The position numbers and the translations under genes were made by a program. DNA of 64,000 bases, taken from NCBI GenBank assembly GCA_964016885.1, contig OZ024747.1, positions 32,612,001 through 32,676,000 of the forward strand. Reading direction: 5' to 3'. The DNA is from Eledone cirrhosa. Its lineage: Eukaryota. Positions 1 through 16,976 of the stretch are shown piece after piece; the first letter of the stretch is position 1; each line of letters starts with the position of its first letter. The notes beneath the pieces were generated by a model. The model saw nothing but the letters and a program-made list of their open reading frames with translations. It was not told where the DNA came from and did not search any database.

Positions 1-3000
1 TACCAATATTACCAACATTACCAACATTACCAACATTACCAACATTATCATCATTACCTACATTATCATCATTACCATCATTACCAACATTACCAACATT
101 ACCAACATTACCATCATTACCAACATTACCATCATTACCAACATCATCATCATTACCAACATTAACGACATTACCATCATTACCAACATCACCAACATTA
201 TCATCATTACCAACACTATCATTATTATCAATATTACCATCATTACCAACATTATCATCATTACCAACATTACCAACATTATCATCATTACCAATATTAC
301 CATCATTATCATCAATACTATCATTACCAACATTACCAACATTATCATTATTACCAAAATTAGCATCATTACCAACATTATCATCATTATAATATTACCA
401 TCATTACCATCATTACTACATTATCATCATTATCATCACCAACATTATCATTACCAACATTATCATTACCAACATTATCATTATTACCAACACTATTAAG
501 ATTATAATCATTACCATCATTATCATCATTACCATCATTACCAACATTAACATTATCAACATTAACAAAATTATCAACATTAACAAGATACCATCATTAC
601 CAACATTACCATCATTACCAATAGTACCATCATTATCATCATTATCATCATTACCAACATTATCATCATTACCAAAATTATCATCATTACCATCATTACC
701 ATCATTATCATCATTACCATCATTACCAACATTAACATTATCAACATTAACAAAATTATCATCATTACCATCATTACCAACATTACCAACATTATCATTA
801 TTACCAAAATTACCATCTTTACCAACATTATCATCATTATCATCATTACCAACATTATCATCATTACCAACATTATCATCATTACCATCATTACCATCAT
901 TATCATCATTACCATCATTACCAACATTAACATTATCAACATTAACAACATTATCATCATTACCATCATTACCAACATTACCAACATTATCATCATCACC
1001 AACATTATCATCATTACCAACATTACCAACATTATCATCATTACCAACATTACCATCATTACCAACATTACCAACATTATCACCATCATTAACAACATTA
1101 TCATTATTACCATCATTATCATCATTACCAACATTGCCAACATTACCATCATGACCAACATTACCATCATTATCATCATTACCAACATTATCATCATTAC
1201 CAACATTGCCAACATTATCATCATTAACAACATTACCAACATTATCAACATTACCAACATTACCAACATTATCATCATTACCAACATTACCAACATTATC
1301 ATTATTACCAACATTATCATCATTACCATCATTATCATCATTACCAACATTATCATCATTACCAACATTATCATCAATACCAACATTATCAACATTATCA
1401 TCATTACCATCATTATCATCATTACCAATATTATCAACATTATCATCATTATCATCATTACCAACATTACCAATATTATTATCATTACCAACATTACCAA
1501 CATTATAATCATTACCATCATTATCAACATTATCAACATTATCATCGTTAATATCATTATCATCATTACCAACATTATCAACATTACCACCATTACCAGC
1601 ATTACCATCATTACCAACATTACCAACATTACCAACATTATCATCAATACCATCATTACCAACATTATCATCACTACCAATGTTACCAACATTACCAACA
1701 TTACCAACATTAACAACATTACCAACATTACCAACATTATCAACATTAACAACATTATCATCATTACCAACATTACCAACATTATCTTTATTACCAAAAT
1801 TACCATCTTTACCAACATTATCATCATTACCATCATTACCAACATTATCATCATTACCAATATTACCATCATTACCAACATTACCAACATTACCAACATT
1901 ATCATTATTACCAATATTACCATCATTACCAACATTATCATCATTACCATCATTACCAACATTATCATCATTACCAACATTACCAACATTACCAACATTA
2001 TCATCATTACCAACATTACCAACATTATCATCATTACCAATATTACCATCATTACCAACATTACCAACATTACCAACATTATCATTATTACCAAAATTAC
2101 CATCTTTACCAACATTATCATCATTATCATCATTACCATCATTACCATCATTACCAACATTATCATCATTATCAACATTACCAACATTACTACATTATCA
2201 TCATTATAATCACTACCAACATTACCATCATTACCAACATTACCATCATTACCATCATTACCAACATTATCATCATTATCAACATTACCAACATTACCAA
2301 CATTACAAACATTACCAACATTATCATCATTACCAATATTACCATCATTACCAACATTACCAACATTACCAACATTACCAACATTACCAACATTATCATC
2401 ATTACCAACATAATCATCATTACCAACATTACCAACATTACCAACATTACCATCATTACCATCATTACCAACATTACCATCATTACCAACATTACAAACA
2501 TTATCATCATTACCATCAGTACCATCATTACCAACATTACCATCATTATCATCATTACCAATATTATCATTATTACCAATATTACCATCATTACCAACAT
2601 TATCATCATTACCAATATTACCAACATTACCATCATTATCATCATTACCAACATTATTATCATTACCAACATTATCATCATTACCATAATTATCATCGTT
2701 ACAATCATTACCATCATTATCATCATTAGCAACATTACCAACATTATCAACATTAACAGCATTATCATCATTACCATCATTACTACATTATCATCATTAT
2801 CATCACTACCAACATTACCATCATGACCAAGATTACCATAATTACCAACATTACCATCATTACCATGATTATCATCATTACCATCATTATCACCGTTACC
2901 AACATTATCATCATTACCATCATTCTCATCATACCAACATCATAATCATTAGCAACATTACCAACATTACAATCATTACTAACATTACCAACATTATCAT

Positions 3001-3342
3001 CATTACTAACATTATCATTATTACCAATATTACCATCATTACCAAAATTATCATCATTACCATCAATATCATGATTACCAACATCACCATCATTAACAAC
3101 ATTACCAACATTACCAACATTATCATCAATATCATCATTATCATCATTACCAACATTATCATCATTACCAACATTACCAACATTACCAACATTACCAACA
3201 TTATCAACATTATCATCATTACCATCATTACCATCATTATAATCATTACCAACATTACCAACATTATCAACATTAACAACATTATCATCATTACCATCAT
3301 TATCATTATTACCAAAATTACCATCATTACCAACATTATCAT

Positions 3343-4990
3343 CATTATAATATTACCATCATTACTACATTATCATCATTATCATCACCAACATTATCAT
3401 TACCAACATTATCATTATTACCAACACTATTAACATTATAATCATTACCAACATTTCCAACATTATCAACATTAACAAGATTACCATCATTACCAACATT
3501 ACCAACGTTACCAATATTACCACCATTATCATCATTATCATCATTACCAACATTATCATCATTACCAACATTATCCTCATTACCATCATTACCATCATTA
3601 TAATCATTACCAACATTACCAACATTATCAACATTAACAACATTATCATCATTACCATCATTACCAACATTACCAACATTATCTTTATTACCAAAATTAC
3701 CATCTTTACCAACATTATCATCATTATCATCATTACCATCATTACCATCATTACTACATTAGCATCATTATCATCATTACCAATATTACCATCATTACCA
3801 ACATTACCAACATTACCAACATTATCATTATTACCAAAATTACCATCTTTACCAACATTATCATCATTATCATCATTACCATCATTACCATCATTACCAA
3901 CATTATCATCATTATCAACATTACCAACATTACTACATTATCATCATTATAATCACTACCAACATTACCATCATTACCAACATTACCATCATTACCATCA
4001 TTACCAACATTATCATCATTATCAACATTACCAACATTACCAACATTATCATCATTACCAATATTACCATCATTACCAACATTACCAACATTACCAACAT
4101 TACCAACATTACCAACATTATCATCATTACCAACATTATCATCATTACCAACATAATCATCATTACCAACATTACCAACATTACCAACATTACCATCATT
4201 ACCATCATTACCAACATTACCATCATTACCAACATTACAAACATTATCATCATTACCATCATTACCATCATTACCAACATTACCATCATTATCATCATTA
4301 CCAATATTATCATTATTACCAATATTACCATCATTACCAACATTATCATCATTACCAATATTACCATCATTATCATCATTATCATCATTACCAACATTAC
4401 CAACATTACCAACATTACCAACATTATCAACATTATCATCATTACCATCATTACCATCATTATAATCATTACCAACATTACCAACATTATCAACATTAAC
4501 AACATTATCATCATTACCATCATTATCATTATTACCAAAATTACCATCATTACCAACATTATCATCATTATAATATTACCATCATTACCATCATTACTAC
4601 ACTATCATCATTATCATCACCAACATTATCATTACCAACATTATCATTATTACCAACACTATTAACATTATAATCATTACCAACATTACCAACATTATCA
4701 ACATTAACAAGATTACCATCATTACCAACATTACCAACGTTACCAATATTACCACCATTATCATCATTATCATCATTACCAACATTATCATCATTACCAA
4801 CATTATCCTCATTACCATCATTACCATCATTATAATCATTACCAACATTACCAACATTATCAACATTAACAACATTATCATCATTACCATCATTACCAAC
4901 ATTACCAACATTATCTTTATTACCAAAATTACCATCTTTACCAACATTATCATCATTATCATCATTACCATCATTACCATCATTACTACA
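3343..4990. repeat. Direct duplication of a ~0.4-kb block (about 3343-3757 and about 4565-4990), offset 1232 bp
   Basis: Minus ORFs 3365..3751 and 4597..4983 are near-identical. Shared private variants: ttaacaagatt, ccaacgttacc, ttatcctcatt, ttatctttatt. Confidence 0.85.
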
Positions 4991-7227
4991 TTATCATCAT
5001 TATCATCACTACCAACATTACCATCATGACCAACATTATCATCATTACCAACATTACCAACATTACCATCATTACCAACATTATCATCATTACCATCATT
5101 ACCAAGATTATCATCATTACCAACATTACCAACATTACCAACATTACCAACATTACCAACATTATCATCATCACCAACATTATCATCATTACCAACATTA
5201 TCATCATTACCAACATTATCATCATTACCAACATTATCATCATTACCATCATTACCAATATTACCATCATTACCAACATTACCAACATTACCATCATTAC
5301 CATCATTACCAACATTATCATTATTACCAACATTACCATCATTACCAACATTATCATCATTACCAACATTACCAACATTACCATCATTACCAACATTACT
5401 AACATTACCAACATTACCAACATTACCAACATTATCATCATTACCAACATTACCAACATTACCAACATTACCAACATTACCATCATTACCATCATTACCA
5501 ACTTTATCATTATTACCAATATTACCATCATTACCAACATTATCATCATTACCAACATTACCAACATTATCATCATTACCATCATTACCAACATTATCAT
5601 CATTACCAACATTACCAACATTACCAACATTATCATCATTACCAACATTACCAACATTATCATCATTACCAATATTACCATCATTACCAACATTACCAAC
5701 ATTACCAACAATATTATTATTACCAAAATTACCATCTTTACCAACATTACCAACATTACCAACATTACCAACATTACCAACATTATCATCATTACCAACA
5801 TAATCATCATTACCAACATTACCAACATTACCAACATTACCATCATTACCATCATTACCAATATTACCATCATTACCAACATTACAAACATTATCATCAT
5901 TACCATCATTACCATCATTACCAACATTACCATCATTATCATCATTACCAATATTATCATTATTAACAATATTACCATCATTACCAACATTATCATCATT
6001 ACCAATATTACCATCATTATCATCATTATCATCATTACCAACATTATCATTATTACCAATATTACCATCATTACCAACATTATCATCATTACCAATATTA
6101 CCAACATTACCATCATTATCATCATTACCAACATTATCATCATTACCAACATTATCATCATTACCATAATTATCATCGTTACAATCATTACCATCATTAT
6201 CATCATTAGCAACATTACCAACATTATCAACATTAACAACATTATCATCATTACCATCATTACTACATTATCATCATTATCATCACTACCAACATTACCA
6301 TCATGACCAACATTATCATCATTAACATCATTATCATAATTATCATCGTTACCAACATTATCATCATTACCATAATAAGTATCATTACCGACATTATCAT
6401 CATTATCATCATTACCAACATTATCATCATAACCAACATTATCAAAATTACCAACGTTGTCATCATTACCATCATTATCATCATTACCACATTATCATGA
6501 TTACCAACATTATCATCATTACCATCATTACCATCATTACCCACATTTTCACCATTACCAACATTATCATCATTACAGTCATTATCATCATTACCAACAT
6601 TATCATCATAACCAACATTACCATCATTACCAACATTATCATCATTACCATCATTACCAACATTATCATCATTATCAACATTACCATCATTATCAACATT
6701 ATCATCATTACCAACATTACCAACATTACCATCATTACCATCATGACCAACATTACCATCATTACCAACATTACCAACATTACCAACATTACGATCATTA
6801 CCAACATTACCAACAGTGCCAACATTATCATCATGACCAAAATTACCAACATTATCATCGTTACCAACATTGCCAACATTATCATCGTTAACAACATTAC
6901 CAACATTATCATCATTACCATCATTATCAACATTATCATAATTATCATCATTACCAACATTACCAATATTATTATCATTACCAACATCACCAACATTACC
7001 AACATTATCATCATTACCAACATTACCAACATTATCATTATTACCATCATTATCAACATTACCAACATTACCAACATTATCATCATTACCAACATTACCA
7101 ACATTATCATTATTACCAACATTATCATCATTACCATCATTATCATCAGTACCAACATTATCATCATTACCATCATTATCATCATTACCAACATTATCAA
7201 CATTATCATCATTACCATCATTATCAT

Positions 7228-10200
7228 CATTACCAACACTATCAACATTATCATCATTATCATCATTACCAACATTACTAATATTATTATCATTACCAAC
7301 ATTACCAACATTATAATCATTACCATCATTATCAACATTATCAACATTATCATCGTTACCATCATTATCATCATTACCAACATTATCAACATTACCAACA
7401 TTACCAACATTATCATCATTACCATCATTACCAACATTATCATCATTACCAACATTACCAACATTACCATCATTACCAACATTACCATCATTACCATCAT
7501 TATTATCATTACCATCATTATCACCATTACCAACATTATCATCATTACCATCATTCTCATCATTACCAACATCATCATCATTAGCAACATTACCAACATT
7601 ACCATCATTACCAACATTACCAACATTATCATCATTACTAACATTATCATTATTACCAATATTACCATCATTACCAACATTATCATCATTACCATCAATA
7701 TCATGATTACCAATATCACCATCATTACCAACATTACCAACATTACCAACATTATCATCAATATTATCATTATCATCATTACCAACATTATCATCATTAC
7801 CAACATTACCAACATTACCAACATTACCAACATTATCAACATTATCATCATTACCATCATTACCATCATTATCATCATTACCATCATTACCAACATTAAC
7901 AACATTATCATTATTACCAAAATTACCATCATTACCAACATTATCATCACTATAATATTACCATCATTACCATCATTACTACATTATCATCATTATCACC
8001 ACCAACATTATCATTACCAACATTATCATTATTACCAACACTATTAACATTATCATCATTACCAACATTACCAACATTACCATCATTACCAACATTACCA
8101 ACATTATCATCATTACCATCATTACCAACATTATCATCATTACCAACATTACCAACATTATCAACATTACCAACATTATCATCATTACCGACATTACCAA
8201 CATTATCATCATTACCAGCATTATCATCATTACCATATTTATCATCGTTACAATCATTACCATCATTATCATCATTAGCAACATTACCAACATTATCAAC
8301 ATTAACACCATTATCATCATTACCATCATTACTACATTATCATCATTATCATCACTACCAACATTACCATCTTGACCAACATTATCATCATTACCAATAT
8401 TACCAACATTATCAACATTACCAACATTATCATCATTACCGACATTACCAACATTATCATCATTACCAACATTATCATCATTACCATAATTATCATCGTT
8501 ACAATCATTACCATCATTATCCTCATTAGCAACATTACCAACATTAACACCATTATCATCATTACCATCATTACTACATTATCATCATTATCGTCACTAC
8601 CAACATTACCATCTTGACCAACATTATCATCATTACCAATATTACCATCATTACAAACATTACCAACATTACCAACATTATTATCATTACCAACATTATC
8701 ATCATTACCATCATTACCAACATTATCATCATTACCAACATTACCATCATTATCATCATTACCATCATTACCAACATTATCATCATTACCATCATAATCC
8801 AACATTATCATCATTACCAATATTACCATCATTACAAACATTACCAACATTACCAACATTACCAACACTATTAACATTATCATCGTTACCAACATTATCA
8901 TCATTATCATCATTACCAACATTATCATCATAACCAACATTATCATCATTACCAACATTATCATCATGACCATCATTACCATCATTACCCACATTTTCAC
9001 CATTACCAACATTATCATCATTACAGTCATTATCATCATTACCAACATTATCATCATAACCAACATTACCATCATAATCAACATTATCATCTTTACCAAC
9101 ATTACCATCATTACCAACATTATCATCATCACCAACATTACCAACATTATCGTCATTATTAACATTACCTACAGTATCATTATCACCAACATAACCAACA
9201 TTATCATCATTACTAACATTACCAACATTACCATCATTACCATCATTATCAACATTACCAACATTACGATCATTATCAACATTACCAACATTACCATCAT
9301 TATCATGATTACCAACAGTGCCAACATTATCATCATGACCAAAATTACCAACATTATCATCGTTACCATCATTGCCATCATTATCATCATTACCAACATT
9401 ATCATCATTACCAACATTGCCAACATTATCATCGTTAACAAAATTACCAACATTATCATCATTACCATCATTATCAACATTATCATCATTATCATCATTA
9501 CCAACATTACCAATATTATTATCATTACCAACACTATCAACATTATCATCATTATCATCATTACCAACATTACTAATATTATTATCATTACCAACATTAC
9601 CAACATTATAATCATTACCATCATTATCAACATTATCAGCATTATCATCGTTACCATCATTATCATCATTACCAACATTATCAACATTACCAACATTACC
9701 AACATTATCATCATTACCATCATTACCAACATTATCATCATTACCAACATTACCAACATTACCATCATTACCAACATTACCATCATTACCATCATTATTA
9801 TCATTACCATCATTATCACCATTACCAACATTATCATCATTACCATCATTCTCATCATTACCAACATCATCATCATTAGCAACATTACCAACATTACCAT
9901 CATTACCAACATTACCAACATTATCATCATTACTAACATTATCATTATTACCAATATTACCATCATTACCAACATTATCATCATTACCATCAATATCATG
10001 ATTACCAATATCACCATCATTACCAACATTACCAACATTACCAACATTATCATCAATATTATCATTATCATCATTACCAACATTATCATCATTACCAACA
10101 TTACCAACATTACCAACATTACCAACATTATCAACATTATCATCATTACCATCATTACCATCATTATCATCATTACCATCATTACCAACATTAACAACAT

Positions 10201-11810
10201 TATCATTATTACCAAAATTACCATCATTACCAACATTATCATCACTATAATATTACCATCATTACCATCATTACTACATTATCATCATTATCACCACCAA
10301 CATTATCATTACCAACATTATCATTATTACCAACACTATTAACATTATCATCATTACCAACATTACCAACATTACCATCATTACCAACATTACCAACATT
10401 ATCATCATTACCATCATTACCAACATTATCATCATTACCAACATTACCAACATTATCAACATTACCAACATTATCATCATTACCGACATTACCAACATTA
10501 TCATCATTACCAGCATTATCATCATTACCATATTTATCATCGTTACAATCATTACCATCATTATCATCATTAGCAACATTACCAACATTATCAACATTAA
10601 CACCATTATCATCATTACCATCATTACTACATTATCATCATTATCATCACTACCAACATTACCATCTTGACCAACATTATCATCATTACCAATATTACCA
10701 ACATTATCAACATTACCAACATTATCATCATTACCGACATTACCAACATTATCATCATTACCAACATTATCATCATTACCATAATTATCATCGTTACAAT
10801 CATTACCATCATTATCCTCATTAGCAACATTACCAACATTAACACCATTATCATCATTACCATCATTACTACATTATCATCATTATCGTCACTACCAACA
10901 TTACCATCTTGACCAACATTATCATCATTACCAATATTACCATCATTACAAACATTACCAACATTACCAACATTATTATCATTACCAACATTATCATCAT
11001 TACCATCATTACCAACATTATCATCATTACCAACATTACCATCATTATCATCATTACCATCATTACCAACATTATCATCATTACCATCATAATCCAACAT
11101 TATCATCATTACCAATATTACCATCATTACAAACATTACCAACATTACCAACATTACCAACACTATTAACATTATCATCGTTACCAACATTATCATCATT
11201 ACCAACATTATCATCATAACCAACATTATCATCATTACCAACATTATCATCATGACCATCATTACCATCATTACCCACATTTTCACCATTACCAACATTA
11301 TCATCATTACAGTCATTATCATCATTACCAACATTATCATCATAACCAACATTACCATCATAATCAACATTATCATCTTTACCAACATTACCATCATTAC
11401 CAACATTATCATCATCACCAACATTACCAACATTATCGTCATTATTAACATTACCTACAGTATCATTATCACCAACATAACCAACATTATCATCATTACT
11501 AACATTACCAACATTACCATCATTACCATCATTATCAACATTACCAACATTACGATCATTATCAACATTACCAACATTACCATCATTATCATGATTACCA
11601 ACAGTGCCAACATTATCATCATGACCAAAATTACCAACATTATCATCGTTACCATCATTGCCATCATTATCATCATTACCAACATTATCATCATTACCAA
11701 CATTGCCAACATTATCATCGTTAACAAAATTACCAACATTATCATCATTACCATCATTATCAACATTATCATCATTATCATCATTACCAACATTACCAAT
11801 ATTATTATCA
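7228..11810. repeat. Tandem higher-order duplication: two copies of a ~2.29-kb block (about 7228-9522 and 9523-11810)
   Basis: ORF pairs 7979/10274, 8372/10667, 8574/10869 and 8614/10909 are identical at offset 2295. The offset drops to 2286 (one monomer lost) for 8966/11252. Landmarks cactatcaa at 7237/9532 and cataatccaa at 8793/11088. Confidence 0.93.
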
Positions 11811-14800
11811 TTACCAACATTACCAACATTATAATCATTACCATCATTATCAACATTACCAACATTATCATCGTTACCATTATTATCACCATTACCAACA
11901 TTATCAAGATTACCACCATTACCAACATTACCATCATTACCAATATTACCAACATTACCAACATTACCAACATTATCATCATTACCTACATTAGCATCAT
12001 TACCATCATTACCAACATTACCAACATTACCAACATTACCAATATTACCATCATTACCAACATTACCATCATTACCAACATTACCATCATTACCAACATT
12101 ACTATCAATACCATCATTCTCATCATTACCAACATCATCATCATTACCAACATTACCAACATTACCATCATTACCAACATTACCAACATTATCATCATTA
12201 CCAACATTATCATTATTACCAATATTACCATCATTACCAACATTATCATCATTACCATCAATATCATGATTACCAACATCACCATCATTACCAACATTAC
12301 CAACATCACAAACATTATCATCATTACCAACATTATCATCATTACCAACATTATGATCATTACCATCATTATCATCGTTACCATCATTACCATCACTATC
12401 ATCATTACCAACATTAACAACATTACCAACATTATCAACATTAACAACATTATCAACATTAACAACATTATCATCAATACTATTATTACTATCAATAACA
12501 TCATTCTCATCATTACCAACATCATCATCATTACCAACATTACCAACATTACCATCATTACCATCATTACCAACATTACCAACATTACCAACATTATCAT
12601 CATTACCAATATTACCATCATTATCATCATTACCAACATTATCATCATTACCAACATTATCATCATTACCAACATTATCATCATTACCATCATTACCATC
12701 ATTATCATCATTACCATCATTACCAACATTAACATTATCAATATTAACAAAATTATCATCAATACTATCATTACAAACATTACCAACATTATCATTATTA
12801 CCAAAATTAGCATCATTACCAACATTATCATCATTATAATATTACCATTATTACCATCATTACTACATTATCATCATTATCATCACCAACATTATCATTA
12901 CCAACATTATCATTATTACCAACACTATTAACATTATCATCATTACCACCATTATCACCGTTACCATCATTACCATCATATCATCATTACCAACATTACC
13001 ACATTATCAACATTAACAAGATTACCATCATTACCAACATTACCATCATTACCAATATTACCATCATTACCATCATTACCATCATTATCATCATTACCAA
13101 CATTATCATCATTACCAAAATTATCATCATTACCATCATTACCATCATTATCATCATTATCATCATTACCAACATTATCATCATTACCAAAATTATCATC
13201 ATTACCATCATTACCATCATTATCATCATTACCATCATTACCAACATTAACATTATCAATATTAACAAAATTATCATCATTACCATCATTATCAACATTA
13301 CCAACATTATCATTATTACCAAAATTACCATCTTTACCAACAATATCATCATTATCATCATTACCACCATTATCATCATGACCATCATTACCATCATTAT
13401 CATCATTACCATCATTACCAACATTAACATTATCAACATTAACAACATTACCATCATTACCAACATTACCAACATTATCATCATTACCAAAATTACCATC
13501 TTTACCAACATTATCATCATTATCATCATTACCAACATTATCATCATTACCAACATTATCATCATTACCATCATTACCATCATTATCATCATTACCATCA
13601 TTACCAACATTAACATTATCAACATTAACAACATTATCATCATTACCATAATTACCTTCATTATCATCATTACCATCATTACCAACATTAACATTATCAA
13701 CATAAACAACATTATAATCATTACCATCATTACCAACATTACCAACATTATCATTATTACCTAAATTACCATCTTTACCAACATTACCAACATTACCAAA
13801 ATTATCATCATCACCAACATTATCATCATTACCAACATTACCAACATTATCATCATTACCAACATTATCATCATAACCAACATTATCATCATTACCAATA
13901 TTACCATCACTATCATCATTACCAATATTATCATTATTACCAATATTACCATCATTACCAACATTATCATCATTACCAATATTACCATCATTATCATCAT
14001 TAGCAACATTACCAATATTATCATCATTACCATCATTACCAACATTACCAACATTACCAACATTATCATCATTACCAACATTATCATCATTACCAACATT
14101 ACCAACATTATCATCATTACCAATATTACCATCATTACCAACATTACCAACATTACCAACATTACCAACATTACCAACATTACCATCATTACCAATATTG
14201 CCATCATTACCAACATTACCAACATTACCAACAATATCATCATTACCAACATTATCATCATTACCATCATTACCAACATTACCAATATTACCATCATTAC
14301 CAACATCACCAACATTACCAACAATATCATCATTACCAACATTATCAACATTACCATCATTAACATCATTACCAACATTACCAACATTACAAACATTATC
14401 ATCATTACCATCATTACCATTATTACCAACATTATCATTATTACCAATATTACCATTATTACCAACATCACCATCATTACTAACATTACCAAGATTACCA
14501 ACATTATCATCAATATCATCATTATCATCATTATCAACATTATCATCAGTACCAACATTACCATCATTATCATCAATATCATCATTATCATCATTACCAA
14601 CATTATCATCATAACCAACATTATCATCATAACCAATATTATCATCATTACCAACATTACCATCATTATCATCATTACCAACATTATCATTCTTACCAAC
14701 ATTATCATCATTACCATCATTATCATCGTTCCAATCATTACCATCCTTATCATCATTAGCAACATTATCATCATTACCATCATTACTACATTATCATCAT

Positions 14801-16976
14801 TATTATCACTACCAACATTACCATCATGACCAACATTATCATCATTAACATCATTACCAACATTATCATCATTACCATAATTACTATCATTACCAACATT
14901 ATCATCAGTATCATCATAACCAACATTATCATAATTACCAACGTTGTCATCATTACCATCATTACCATCATTACCAACATTATCATCATTACCAACATTA
15001 TCATCATTACCAAAATTATCAACATTATCATCATTACCAACATTACCATCATTACCAACATTATCATCATTACCCTCATTACCAACATTATCATCATTAT
15101 CAACATTACCATCATTATCAACATTATCATAATTACCATCATTACCAACATTACTAACATTACCATCATTACCAACATTACCATCATTACCAACATTATC
15201 ATCATTACCAATATTACCATCATTACCAACATTACCAACATTAACAACATTACCAACATTACCAACATTATCATCATTACCAATATTACTATCATTACCA
15301 ACATTACCAACATTACCAACATTATCATCATTACCAACATTATCATCATTACCATCATTACCAACATTATCATCATTACCAACATTACTATCATTATCAT
15401 CATTACCATCATAATCCAACATTACCAATATTACCAATATTACCATCATTACCAACATTACCATCATTACCATCATTACCAACATTATCATTATTACCAA
15501 TATTACCATCATTACCAACATTATCATCATTACTAATATTACCATCATTACCAACATTACCATCATTACCAACACTATCATCATTACCATCATTACCAAC
15601 ATTATCATCATTACCAACATTAACAACATTATCAACATTACCAACATTATCATCATTACCATCATTACCAATATTATCATCATTACCAACATTATCATCA
15701 TTACCAACATTACCAACATTACCAACATTACCATCATTACCATCATTACCAACATTACCATCATTACCAACATTACAAACATTATCATCATTACCAACAT
15801 TACCATCATTACCAACATTACCATCATTATCATCATTACCACTATTATCATTATTACCATCATTACCAACATTACAATCATTATCATCATTACCATCATT
15901 ACCATCATTACCAACATTACCATCATTATCACCATTACCATCATTATCATCATTATCATCATTACCAACATTATCATCATTACCAATATTACCAACATTA
16001 CCAACATTATCAACATTAACAACATTATCATCATTACTACATTATCATCATTATCATCACTACCAACATTACCATCATGACCAACATTATCATCATTAAC
16101 ATCATTATCATAATTATCATCGTTACCAACATTATCATCATTACCAACATTATCATCATTATCATCATTACCAACATTATCATCATAACCAATATTATCA
16201 TAATTACCAACGTTGTCATCATTACCATCATTACCATCATTACAGTCATTATCATCATTACCAACATTATCATCATAACCACCATTACCATCATTACCAA
16301 TATTATCATCATTATCATTCATTACCAACATTATCATCATTATCAACATTACCATCATTATCAACATTATCATCATTACCAACATTACCAACATTACCAT
16401 CATTACTATCATTACCAACATTATAATCATCACCAACATTACCAACATTATCGTCATTATTAACATTACCTACAGTATCATTATCACCAACATTACCAAC
16501 ATTACCATCATTACCAATATTACTATCATTACCAACATTACCAACATTATCATCATTACCAACATAATCATCATTACCAACACTACCTACATTATCATCA
16601 TTACCATCATTACCAACATTACCAACATTACCATCATTACCATCATTACCAACATTACCATCATTACCAACATTACCAACATTACCAACATCATCAGCAT
16701 TACCATCATTACCAACATTACCAACATCATCATCATTACCAACATTACCAACATTACCAACATTACCATCATTACCATCATTACCAACATTACCAACATT
16801 ACCAACATTATCATCATTACCAATATTACCATCATTATCATCATTACCAATATTATCATTATTACCAATATTACCATCATTACCAACATTATCATCATTA
16901 CCAATATTACCATCATTATCATCATTAGCAACATTACCAACATTATCAACATTAACAACATTATCATCATTACCAT

